From an uncultured Rikenellaceae bacterium (GTDB taxonomy: Bacteria > Bacteroidota > Bacteroidia > Bacteroidales > VadinHA17), in contig CAZWHC010000001.1 in NCBI GenBank assembly GCA_964633505.1, positions 596,015 to 660,014 of the forward strand: a stretch of 64,000 bases of DNA. The letters are read 5' to 3'. The position numbers and the translations under genes were made by a program. Under the pieces are notes generated by a model that did not search any database, had not been told where the DNA came from, and saw only the letters and a list, made by a program, of their open reading frames with translations. Numbering within the stretch: position 1 is the stretch's first letter; each line of letters begins with the position of its first letter. Below are positions 53,567 through 62,814 of this stretch, one piece after another.

Positions 53567-54868
53567 TTATTTATATTTTCCCTTACTTTTAAAGGTGACA
53601 AACATTAATACCGGGTTATCCAGAGGATTTATGCCGGAAGCAATATCTTCAAGCTTTTTTCTGCCGGCCGGGTTCCTGGCCCTGGCTTTCCTGAAATCAT
53701 CGCCGGCCACATGATCTTTTAAATCCATGGCTTCAACAGCCATCACCATAACGGAATCATTTACCATTTTCTGAGGGAAAAATCTTGGTCCGCAATCAAT
53801 ATCATTAAATATGCCAGTAGTATTTAACTTATTATCAGTGCTTTCTGGTTTAAAGTAACTAAATTCCCCTGAATCCTTTTGGAATAACCCAAGCATATAT
53901 GTTGTTGTATACCACGACTCTCCACCAGGAGTTTCTTTTGGAGTGAGTTGTCTGGCCGGAAAACGGTTCCCAAAAAAGCATTTAATTAACAGGATATCAT
54001 CCGTTTCAAAGATATCTTCAACAGAGATATAATTCCAGAGTCCTGAACCTCCCAATCTCTCTGCTCTTACGGAAAGAGGCATTTTATATTCACCCAAATT
54101 AAAGGCATATTTTGGAATTAAGCTATCCTCCTCACTAATTGTGAATAAAGTATCATTAAAGTATTGCTTGAAGTGCATTTTCCCATTATAACTATACATG
54201 TAGGATTTGCGTTCAAAAATCGAACCCGGACCATTTCTATTAAAAATGTCATAATTTTTCCAGGCAAACAGAATATGCCCCATTTTATTGATGACAATTG
54301 CCTTGTTTGGTTCCTTCCCGCTGGAGTTTGGGACCGGTACAATAAAAAGAGAATCAAATACATTTGCCCAATTTCTATACCCGTCATCATTATTTCCTGA
54401 AATCCTGAAAATGTCAGAATACTTCCTGATGAAATTACCCTTAAAATCGTACTCCGACAAATCACGTAAAGCACCCTGAACGTAAATTGATTGATGATCT
54501 GAAAAACCTGCTTTTATGCAAAAAAGATACTCCCCCGGACCATTGCCTTTTCGTCCGATAATACTTATAAGTTTCCCATTATTGTTATATAGCAGGCAGG
54601 TATTCAGATTATATATCAGAATCAGGCTGTCCCGAAAATCAAAGTTACTGTATGAGCTGAAAGAAATATAATCCTTTGATTGTAAAGGGACGTACGATAT
54701 ATCATCTGCAAACTGACTTAACTTATATTCTGCCAGATTATCAATATTTGCCCCGATGTCAATAAGAATGCTCTTTTCCTCACCGGATTGTCTATGATTG
54801 CACCCACAAAAGAGCAATGATAATATTATTTCGGGTTTTATGAATCTGTAAGTCATCCGGTAAATCAA
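53567..54868 (-). CDS. lipoprotein, 6-bladed beta-propeller family (paralog 7)
   Basis: Lipobox 'LFCGC'. Motifs 'ISYVPLQS' and 'GNGPGEY' with tail 'LDNPVLMFVTFK'. Confidence 0.7.
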   Translation of the reverse strand: MIYRMTYRFIKPEIILSLLFCGCNHRQSGEEKSILIDIGANIDNLAEYKLSQFADDISYVPLQSKDYISFSSYSNFDFRDSLILIYNLNTCLLYNNNGKLISIIGRKGNGPGEYLFCIKAGFSDHQSIYVQGALRDLSEYDFKGNFIRKYSDIFRISGNNDDGYRNWANVFDSLFIVPVPNSSGKEPNKAIVINKMGHILFAWKNYDIFNRNGPGSIFERKSYMYSYNGKMHFKQYFNDTLFTISEEDSLIPKYAFNLGEYKMPLSVRAERLGGSGLWNYISVEDIFETDDILLIKCFFGNRFPARQLTPKETPGGESWYTTTYMLGLFQKDSGEFSYFKPESTDNKLNTTGIFNDIDCGPRFFPQKMVNDSVMVMAVEAMDLKDHVAGDDFRKARARNPAGRKKLEDIASGINPLDNPVLMFVTFKSKGKYK

Positions 54869-54897
54869 TTTTCGATTGATTCAAACTTAAGAACTTA

Positions 54898-54966
54898 TTA
54901 ATTCAGCATTTCAGGCCAGTCTTTCGCCTTGATCTGCAATTTATTAAGTTTTTTTATAACAACCAT
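54898..54966 (-). pseudogene. decayed GG-leader precursor remnant
   Basis: The minus strand reads 'MVVIKKLNKLQIKAKDWPEMLN*'. 'KKLNKLQI' is identical to the start of the precursor 1 leader, with ATA at the position of the original ATG. There is no GG motif and no core. Confidence 0.55.
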
Positions 54967-55185
54967 TTTTTTAGTCAGCAAATCATTCATGATTCCCCTT
55001 ATTTATTGCATACAGGAGCTCCAAAAGGGTCGAGTCACATCCAGCTCAGTACATTCAAATAGATGACGTCATCCCGGATACGGTTCCTGCCAATTCGGGA
55101 TCTTTTCCCGAACCACCGCATATTCGAAAAGCAGATTCTGCCAGATGCAGACCTTCAAGCCTTTACGCCCTAACGCTCATCATTA

Positions 55186-56373
55186 TTATTCCTTGAACCT
55201 TACCAGCACCAAAACCGGATTATCCGTTTCTTCAAGACTGTCAGCCAGCCTGACAAGCTCCGCCTTACCGCCGGGATCACGGGGATTACTGTTCCTGAAA
55301 GCCTCCGAGTTGACCCAGTTCTTAAGGTTTATGGTCTCAACCCACGAAACAAGTGTATTGTCATCCCAGGTACCCTTTGGCCAGATACAGGGGCCGCCGT
55401 CAAGATCATTCAGAAGCTCCTTCTCCGGATCGAAAAATGCCCTGAAATCACCATCCTTCGACCCAATGAAGGCAAGGCCTTCCATCTTGCCGTTACGCGG
55501 ACTGATAAACTCATAATAGACCTTATCCCCAAATTCAAACAGGTTAGCCGGATGGAGAAAGCTCTTCATGATTATATCGACAGTACCGGTAGTTCTCGCT
55601 TCAGGTGTAAGGCGAAGGTTTCCGACATCGATAACCATGTAAGGCTCAAAATCCCCGTTCTTCCAGGAGTATACGGTATCGCAATAGATCTCTTTCTTCC
55701 TTAGCTGATTATCAAAACTGTAAAAAAGATTTTCCCCTGTATAAAAGACACCGGGATCAGTCCTGGTCCAGGGATATTTATTTGGGAAATTCCTTATTAT
55801 GGTACCCATTGTATCCACAAGGATGTAACTGTTCTCAATAGCACCCATATGGTTCGGATAGTAACACAGTATCCCTTCACTTGTGAGTCTGAAATTCATG
55901 GCAGACGACAGAGGAGTTCTGAAAGTCCTTACAAGATTGCCTTCCGGCGAGAAAACAAAGAACTTCTGCTGAAATCCGTCGGCCAGGTAAATTGATCCGT
56001 CATTCTTGTCGATGTCAACATCATGGGCGACCGTAAATTCGTCAGGACCCCTTCCGGCTTTTCCTATTTTGGTAACGAAAGTACCATCGTGACGGAACAT
56101 AAAGATATTGGCAAAATACACGGTCAGGAAATAGTCTTTCCCAACCAGGATTTTGTTTATTCTGGATATAACACTCTGCTCTGTGGTCCCAAGAGGAATG
56201 TATTCAATATCAACTGCGCCCAGATCCGACAGGTTCAGGGTTCCCTGCGAGGGCAACTCCTTCAGGTCAAAGGCAATAAGCCTGTCTTCCCTGACCGGAC
56301 CGGAACTTTTGCAGCTTAGAAGGATCGCCGGTAATAAAAAGATCCAGATATGAATTTTAAGGAATGTTTTCAT
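55186..56373 (-). CDS. lipoprotein, 6-bladed beta-propeller family (paralog 8)
   Basis: Lipobox 'LLSC'. Motifs 'IEYIPLGT' and 'GRGPDEF' with tail 'ETDNPVLVLVRFKE'. Confidence 0.7.
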   Translation of the reverse strand: MKTFLKIHIWIFLLPAILLSCKSSGPVREDRLIAFDLKELPSQGTLNLSDLGAVDIEYIPLGTTEQSVISRINKILVGKDYFLTVYFANIFMFRHDGTFVTKIGKAGRGPDEFTVAHDVDIDKNDGSIYLADGFQQKFFVFSPEGNLVRTFRTPLSSAMNFRLTSEGILCYYPNHMGAIENSYILVDTMGTIIRNFPNKYPWTRTDPGVFYTGENLFYSFDNQLRKKEIYCDTVYSWKNGDFEPYMVIDVGNLRLTPEARTTGTVDIIMKSFLHPANLFEFGDKVYYEFISPRNGKMEGLAFIGSKDGDFRAFFDPEKELLNDLDGGPCIWPKGTWDDNTLVSWVETINLKNWVNSEAFRNSNPRDPGGKAELVRLADSLEETDNPVLVLVRFKE

Positions 56374-56586
56374 TGTTCATAATTATTTATCCCCAGGTTG
56401 TTAGTTGATTGTCTACTAAGATAGGCATTTAATATAAACTGGCAGTGAGTTTACACTGTAATTTTAAAAAAATCTTCAGAACAATAGGTTAATACTTCTT
56501 CAAACCAATTCCTGCTCCTATCAAGAGGCATCCTAAGGTTTGACCTGCGCGACACTTCTCCACCTTTACCTTCTCTGAATCCTTCA

Positions 56587-56943
56587 CTAAAGCCTCAGTT
56601 TCCGAAGAAAGCTGCGAAGTGCAAAGCTTGCACGACCTCTTTCTCTCCGTTTCTTAATCCTGTACACCACAACGAAGTGTCTCTGGTTCCGTTCCGCCAC
56701 GCACGGCAGTGGCACCTTGTCGCAAAGTTGTTCCCAGACAAGGCGGTAGCCGCGGGTACGGAAACCAATGCTTTCGGCGGCATCGGTGATACCAAGCATT
56801 GAGACGCCTGATTTTGTTATGAATGATCTGGAACGGAGTGATTGTAATGTGTAAGATTTCCCATAATACCTGGCTATCATACGAAGACTGGATGGGCCGC
56901 AATCCATAGAATCCAGCTGCTTAAAATATGGGAATGCAGGCAT
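56587..56943 (-). pseudogene. truncated C39-ABC transporter paralog (C39 N-terminal ~100 aa only)
   Basis: The first 100 aa are roughly 85% identical by eye to 34803..37169. After 'VVVYRIKKRR' the ORF runs into word-repeat sequence and stops. Confidence 0.8.
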
Positions 56944-56947
56944 ATTA

Positions 56948-58129
56948 TTACTTTTTCAGACTTACCAGGACAAGAACCGGATTATCCGTTTCTTTCAGGC
57001 TGTTTGCAAGTCTTTCAAGCTCCTGCTTCTTTTCGGGGTAAAGAGGTTTTGATTTCCTGAAAACCTCAGATGCAACATGGTTTTTAAGCTGTAGGGCATC
57101 AATCCAGGCAACAAGAGTATTATTATCTTTTATTGTTTTTGGCCAGATATTGGGACCTCCATTCAAATCATTAATAATTCCCTTTTTCGGATTAATTACA
57201 AAAATCAGATTTTGAATTCTTGACCCAATCATTCCAAACAGATTGCCATTCATAAGAAACTCATAATAAATGTAATCACCAAATTCAAATAAGTTCAATT
57301 GTTGAAAGTAGTTTTCCGCTATTTTGTCTGGACTTAAATTAGAACGTACCTCCGGAGTAATCAGTCTTTTTCCCTGATAAATTACAGCATGTGGATTAAA
57401 TGATTGTTTTTCAAAACTATATATGGTGTCAGAGGAAATTTCCTTTTTGTACAACCGATTATTATACTTATAAAATATATTTTCATTAATAAATACTAAA
57501 TAACGTCCTTTGGGTGCTTTAAACGGATACTTATTTGAGTAATTTTTAAGAATGTGACCTGCAGTGTCTAACAAATTATAGCTAGAGGTAATATTTGCAA
57601 ATGAGTTTATGCTGTAGCACAAAATTCCATCACCTGTAATTCTAAAGTTCGTTGTATTTAACGGGCATGGGAAAGTTCTAATAAACTTACCATTTTCATT
57701 AAAGACAAAGAATTTACGCTGCCAGCCTGAGACCAGGTAAATTCTTCCGTTCTTATCATCAATATCAAAATCATGAAGTACCGTAAACTCATGCGGACCT
57801 CTGCCTGGTTTCCCTATTTGTGTCTTGAAATGTCCATTATTGTCGAATTTTAGAAGTGTTGTATAATCCTGAATAAGAATATAGTTGTTACCAAATCTGA
57901 TACCAGTAATTCTTTGAAGTGGATTTTTATCACTTGTTTCTAACGGAAGAATTTCAATATCCCTGAATCCTAATTCAGAAAGTTTTATATCAACAACTTT
58001 TAGTTGCTCTTTCATGTCGAAAGCCGTCAAATTCTTAGTATTCTGACAATCTGTTCTTTGACTCACAATCAGATATAATACTATTAACAATATGATTTCT
58101 ATTTTACTCATTTGTATTCTTGATTTCAT
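56948..58129 (-). CDS. secreted 6-bladed beta-propeller family protein (paralog 9)
   Basis: Motifs 'IEILPLET' and 'GRGPHEF' with tail 'ETDNPVLVLVSLKK'. Its stop is 4 bp before the C39 fragment start. Confidence 0.7.
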   Translation of the reverse strand: MKSRIQMSKIEIILLIVLYLIVSQRTDCQNTKNLTAFDMKEQLKVVDIKLSELGFRDIEILPLETSDKNPLQRITGIRFGNNYILIQDYTTLLKFDNNGHFKTQIGKPGRGPHEFTVLHDFDIDDKNGRIYLVSGWQRKFFVFNENGKFIRTFPCPLNTTNFRITGDGILCYSINSFANITSSYNLLDTAGHILKNYSNKYPFKAPKGRYLVFINENIFYKYNNRLYKKEISSDTIYSFEKQSFNPHAVIYQGKRLITPEVRSNLSPDKIAENYFQQLNLFEFGDYIYYEFLMNGNLFGMIGSRIQNLIFVINPKKGIINDLNGGPNIWPKTIKDNNTLVAWIDALQLKNHVASEVFRKSKPLYPEKKQELERLANSLKETDNPVLVLVSLKK

Positions 58130-58206
58130 TATTGTTACAGGTTAGGATAATATTAGTATTTTGAGTTAAGAAGTTGTTGAAATTCAACTTATAGATTTTA
58201 TTACTA

Positions 58207-59367
58207 TTATTTCAGATTTACAAGAACCAAAACCGGATTATCAGTTTCTTTGAGACTATTTGCCAACTTTTCAAGCTTTTTCTTCTTTTCGGGGTATTTG
58301 GGTTCGGATTTTTTGAAATTTACGCCGGAAACACACGCTTTCAGCTTATATGGGTCAATTAAATCAATTAAGTATTCTCTGCCATGATCTGCTATAAAGG
58401 TTTTTGGAAAGAATTTCAATCCAGCATCAAGGTCATTCCAGATACATCCTGTATCATCAGAACTCCAGTATGATAAAAATGTATTTTGAAGATTTTTATC
58501 TATAATAACTAAACCATTTTTCTCTTTATAAAATAAATATTGAATCATCAGATATTTTTTTGATTCAAAAATCTGATTGATCATAAAGTATTTATGCAAT
58601 TGTTTAATTGGATTATCAATATATGTTTTTGGCAATCTGAATTCTCCTTGTTTAAACAGGAAGTTGGGTCTTAAGGTAAAATCAGGGTAAAAAGTATATA
58701 CAGTATCAATAAAAGGATTCCAGAAGTTTAATTTGTCGTCAAATAAATAGGTTCCGCCACCATTCAGAAAATTGCTCTTGAATGCAGGCAACGTTCTTTC
58801 TTTCTTTTTGATCAGGTTGCCAAGTGTATCAAGGATCATCCATTCAAATTTATTATCATCATCATACTGAAGTTGATAGGATAGGAAAAGTCTGGAGTTA
58901 AATACTTCAATTTTATCCAGTGAACCACCATACGCTTTTAGGGAAAATTCATTTCGGAAAGTGCCTGTAATATTAAAAACCTTTATGCCATTGGGTTCAT
59001 TTGAAACATATATTGTTCCTGTCCTTTTATCTATTGCAAACGACCTGCCATTAAAATATTCTCCCGGACCTCTGCCTTTTTTCCCAATCTTCATTAAGAA
59101 TTGCCCGTTTATATCAAATTCAAGGATCCCTTCATGCACATCATAAATAAATATTTTATTATTACAGATTTTAGGATTATAATTACTATTAATTTGTGAA
59201 AGAGGAAAACTGCATTTGAGGGGAATATATACTATGTCATCAGCAATGTCAGATAACATTATCTCATTTTCTAAAAGAGAAGAAGGATCTAATTCAAAAA
59301 GTATTTTGTCACTATGCCGGCAGGATATCAAATAAAATAATAGAAAAACGAGCAAATTCTTCTTCAT
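58207..59367 (-). CDS. lipoprotein, 6-bladed beta-propeller family (paralog 10)
   Basis: Lipobox 'LISC'. Motifs 'IVYIPLKC' and 'GRGPGEY' with tail 'ETDNPVLVLVNLK'. Confidence 0.7.
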   Translation of the reverse strand: MKKNLLVFLLFYLISCRHSDKILFELDPSSLLENEIMLSDIADDIVYIPLKCSFPLSQINSNYNPKICNNKIFIYDVHEGILEFDINGQFLMKIGKKGRGPGEYFNGRSFAIDKRTGTIYVSNEPNGIKVFNITGTFRNEFSLKAYGGSLDKIEVFNSRLFLSYQLQYDDDNKFEWMILDTLGNLIKKKERTLPAFKSNFLNGGGTYLFDDKLNFWNPFIDTVYTFYPDFTLRPNFLFKQGEFRLPKTYIDNPIKQLHKYFMINQIFESKKYLMIQYLFYKEKNGLVIIDKNLQNTFLSYWSSDDTGCIWNDLDAGLKFFPKTFIADHGREYLIDLIDPYKLKACVSGVNFKKSEPKYPEKKKKLEKLANSLKETDNPVLVLVNLK

Positions 59368-59635
59368 GGCTTTTATCAGTACATCAAAAGTATTTTAGAG
59401 ACTGAATCAAAAGTGGCCATTGTGATCCGCGTATCCTTTTAATCATTTGTGAATCCGATTGTTATCTTTGTGGATCACAAGATTTAACATCAATTACAAA
59501 AGTAAACAAAAGATGGTGCCAAGATACTCCAAGGGCTTATTATACAGTCTCATTTTAAAATAATCAACAACTCCAAAGGCCAGCCCCACCTCCACCAGGT
59601 AATTCGCACGAACTAATGCAATCTTCTTTAGATGT

Positions 59636-59700
59636 CGCTACACCTCCTTTCTTTTACGAAAGGTCCGGGCAGAGGGCATGTAAGGAACACAGACAAAGCT
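59636..59700 (-). promoter_or_regulatory. conserved leader element, orphan copy
   Basis: ACCTCCTTTC-TTTTAC-GAAAGGTCCGGGCAGA...TCTGCCC, with both hairpins retained. No intact precursor lies downstream. Confidence 0.5.
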
Positions 59701-59800
59701 TTCTGCCCTTTCTTTGTTTTTACTATTTTTCATTTATCATCTGCATGTCTAAAGTTTATAACCGTGAACATTATTATGCTTTCATAGTATAAGTTGAAAA

Positions 59801-60110
59801 TTTTTCACAGATCAAAATTGTCCTGATATTAAAGTTCAACAATTATATTGATATGATTGCAGGAAAAATCCGGGAATAAGTTGACAGAAGTTGCCAGATA
59901 TTGTCAGAAGCTGCCAGAAGTTGACAGAAGTGGACACCGTCCTCTTTTTGAGCGATGATTTCAGGCGCTTTGGGATTTTAAGATCCGCTCAGACTTTGCA
60001 AGCCGTGGCCTTCTTTGGAATCCGAAGCTTTTGTGAAGGATTCGGCATAGGCTTAGGGCAGAGGGGAGGAGAGAAAGATCTGGCCCATGACGGATGAGCT
60101 TTCAGCCCCC
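59801..60110. repeat. duplicate of the 49541-49700 region plus mosaic word repeats
   Basis: About 165 bp are roughly 85% identical to the region upstream of the LanC-like operon, including the 10-bp array and a remnant of the HTH gene 3' end. GAATCCGAAGC/GAAGGATTC words follow. Confidence 0.8.
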
Positions 60111-60250
60111 TTATTGGAAAAACCAAAAATGTCGGGGATTGACCTCTGGTTAAGTCTTTTAATTTTCGAACATGAGAATAATGGAGTAATTCAATAAAAA
60201 TAAGAAAATATCGCAAAATTACGATTAATATCCTAAAAAAAACGTTATTT

Positions 60251-61402
60251 TTGCGATTACGTTCCTTTATTCCAGGTATAATGATCAGAAGAGTACTTGA
60301 GAAAGATGTTGTGTCCAGAATAGCCACAGGTAAGGCTATCATAATTACCGGCGCTCGTCAGACCGGTAAAACAACCCTTTTATCAGGGCTCCTGAAAGAA
60401 AGGGAAGGAACATTATGGCTCGATGCTGATGAACCAGATGTACGGGCCTTGTTCGAGAATCCAACTTCCGACAGACTAAAAGCGGTTTTTGCCGGGAAGA
60501 AGATTCTGATCATAGATGAAGCCCAGCGGATAGAAAATATCGGGATGCGTCTTAAACTGATTACAGATCATCTGAAAGATATTCAGTTGGTTGCAACAGG
60601 GTCATCTTCCTTCGAACTGTCAAACAAGATCAATGAGCCTCTTACGGGCCGGAAATGGGAATTTCAATTGTTCCCGATTTCATTTGAGGAAATGGTAAAT
60701 CATACGAGCCTGCTTGAAGAAATCAGGTTAATGCCGCACCGTTTAATTTTTGGATATTATCCTGAAATTGTCACTAACGCGGGATCAGAGAAAGATATTC
60801 TTAAACAGCTCACAGACAGTTACCTGTACAAAGACATACTAATGTGGGAAAGAATAAACAAACCTGACAAGCTGGTCAGGTTGTTACAGTCACTTGCTTT
60901 ACAGATAGGTAACGAAGTATCATACAATGAACTGGCAAATAACCTTGGGATTGATAACCAGACTGTTGAAAAGTACATACAGTTACTTGAACAGACTTTT
61001 GTGATTTTCAGACTGGGCGCATTTAGCAGAAATCTCCGCAAAGAACTGAAACGCTCAAGAAAAATATATTTTTATGATAATGGAATCCGTAATTCACTCA
61101 TTGCTAACTTTAGTCCTCCGGAACTTCGCGGTGATACCGGAGCATTGTGGGAGAATTTTTTCATCTCGGAACGAATAAAATTTCTGAAGAATAATAATAT
61201 CTGGGCGAATACTTACTTCTGGAGAACTCAGGACCAACAGGAAATTGACTTTATCGAAGAACGGGACGGAATGCTCCACGCATTGGAGATCAAATGGAAC
61301 CCAAAATCAAAGGCGAGGCTTTCCAGGACATTTTCCTCGGAATACAAAACATCATTTGATGTTATTACTCCCGATAATTTTGACAGGTTTCTAACATTAT
61401 GA
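60251..61402 (+). CDS. AAA-type ATPase with DUF4143-like C-terminal domain
   Basis: Walker A 'GARQTGKTT'. Walker B 'ILIIDEAQR'. The likely start is the internal 'MIRRVLEKD' at 60281. Confidence 0.7.
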   Translation: MRLRSFIPGIMIRRVLEKDVVSRIATGKAIIITGARQTGKTTLLSGLLKEREGTLWLDADEPDVRALFENPTSDRLKAVFAGKKILIIDEAQRIENIGMRLKLITDHLKDIQLVATGSSSFELSNKINEPLTGRKWEFQLFPISFEEMVNHTSLLEEIRLMPHRLIFGYYPEIVTNAGSEKDILKQLTDSYLYKDILMWERINKPDKLVRLLQSLALQIGNEVSYNELANNLGIDNQTVEKYIQLLEQTFVIFRLGAFSRNLRKELKRSRKIYFYDNGIRNSLIANFSPPELRGDTGALWENFFISERIKFLKNNNIWANTYFWRTQDQQEIDFIEERDGMLHALEIKWNPKSKARLSRTFSSEYKTSFDVITPDNFDRFLTL

Positions 61403-61491
61403 CTGAAAACAGGGTGTTGTGTTCATAGCCGTGTTTTGAAGTATAATGTGTTTTACAAAAGTTGCACAAACCAAAAGTACCTTCGGCTCTG

Positions 61492-62589
61492 TTATTTCAT
61501 CAGAACAATAACCGGATTGTCCTCCTCCTTCAGTTCGGAAACTAAATTCTTAAGTTTATTATCTGCAATTTCATCTTTATATTTCTTCAGGCTGCCGGCC
61601 TGTAAAAATGTTACCATAGTGCCATTTTCATCACTCCACCTGGGCCAGATCAGATATTGATCTTTATTTATTGCATAACTCTTTCCGGTCTTTTTATTTA
61701 TTACATATCTTTCACTTTCTCCCTTATAGAATATTGTAACAAAAACATAACTGCCATTTTCACAGACATCTTCAAGATACCCGTAACCTGAAGACTTGTC
61801 CTGGTACTTGCCAATATTCTCAAGCAAGTCAAGAGGGAACTTTGCACTGCCAAAGTCAAAATAATAACTGACTGAAAGGGTTTTATCACGGGGATCAAAC
61901 CTGTAGATCGTATCATTGAACTGCTGGTGAAAAATCAATCCATTATCGAGCTTCTGAAAATTTTTGATGTCATAAACCTGGAAAAAATCCTGACTGTTAT
62001 ATGAAACATTGTTTTTAAGACATGTGGAGGAGTCATTTTCATCTATAATTTTCAGCATGCATGGCTCCTTACCGGAATAGTTCAGAGGATAAACAACATA
62101 CATGTTATTGATTACTTCAAGACGTTTGCTGAAACCGTCAATATCTTTAGTACCAATATACCTGCCCGAGAAATCATAAATGTTGATTTTTTTAAGATCA
62201 CAGATATAAACCTGTCCCGGAGCCTCATCAACGGCAACATCAACAATAATACCGTATTCTGCCGGGCCCCTGCCTTTGGAGCCTATCTTCCTGATGTATT
62301 TCCCGTTTGTTTCAAACTGGTAAAACGAATCCCCTGATAAAACAAAAATGAAATCCGATGTCAGAATGACTTTATGAACACCGGCGATAAGACAACCGGG
62401 ATTGGTCTCCAACGGAATATATGTAAACTGTTCCTTAAACGAGAAAAGCTCTTTTGAACTTCTTAATGTAGTAATGTCATAACAGATCTGTTCAGATTTC
62501 AAATGTGAGGTACATGAAAGAAATTCTGATGCCAGCAGCAACAAAATGCAATTTGCAATCAGAAGATGTTTGAAAGAACAGAAATCCAT
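61492..62589 (-). CDS. lipoprotein, 6-bladed beta-propeller family (paralog 11)
   Basis: The start is taken at 'MDFCSFKHLLIANCILLLLASEFLSC' (lipobox). The track ORF extends to 62679. Motifs 'FTYIPLET' and 'GRGPAEY' with tail 'EEDNPVIVLMK'. Confidence 0.65.
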   Translation of the reverse strand: MDFCSFKHLLIANCILLLLASEFLSCTSHLKSEQICYDITTLRSSKELFSFKEQFTYIPLETNPGCLIAGVHKVILTSDFIFVLSGDSFYQFETNGKYIRKIGSKGRGPAEYGIIVDVAVDEAPGQVYICDLKKINIYDFSGRYIGTKDIDGFSKRLEVINNMYVVYPLNYSGKEPCMLKIIDENDSSTCLKNNVSYNSQDFFQVYDIKNFQKLDNGLIFHQQFNDTIYRFDPRDKTLSVSYYFDFGSAKFPLDLLENIGKYQDKSSGYGYLEDVCENGSYVFVTIFYKGESERYVINKKTGKSYAINKDQYLIWPRWSDENGTMVTFLQAGSLKKYKDEIADNKLKNLVSELKEEDNPVIVLMK

Positions 62590-62814
62590 GATCAGAATTT
62601 TCTCTTTGGCTGCCTTTTCCGGAATGAATAAATATCCCGGATTTGAATGCCTGCGAATTTTTCCGTTAAGCGGGTTCATTATTTTTTGTTTTCGAACTAT
62701 TAAAAGTAGTCTTTTTGGTACAAATTCAAAACCGGCACGGGTACAGGCGATCCCGAGTTGCTTCGCTTTCGGGACTACTTATCCTCCTTTCGTCGGATAC
62801 GTAGCTTGCACGTG

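Noticed and set aside
54990-55185. Possible additional exporter or peptide remnant downstream of propeller 55186..56373, by analogy with the other propeller-to-C39 junctions
   Set aside because: Translations in all minus-strand frames gave nothing resembling 'FRQLDSMDCGP' or a GG leader. Only the separate leader remnant at 54898..54966 is supportable.
59564-59626. Annotating the leaderless Cys-rich reading frame '..EDCISSCELPGGGGAGLWSC*' as a gene
   Set aside because: It has no start codon and no leader. It is mentioned only as a probable core remnant within the decayed-locus finding, and is too short to support as a feature.
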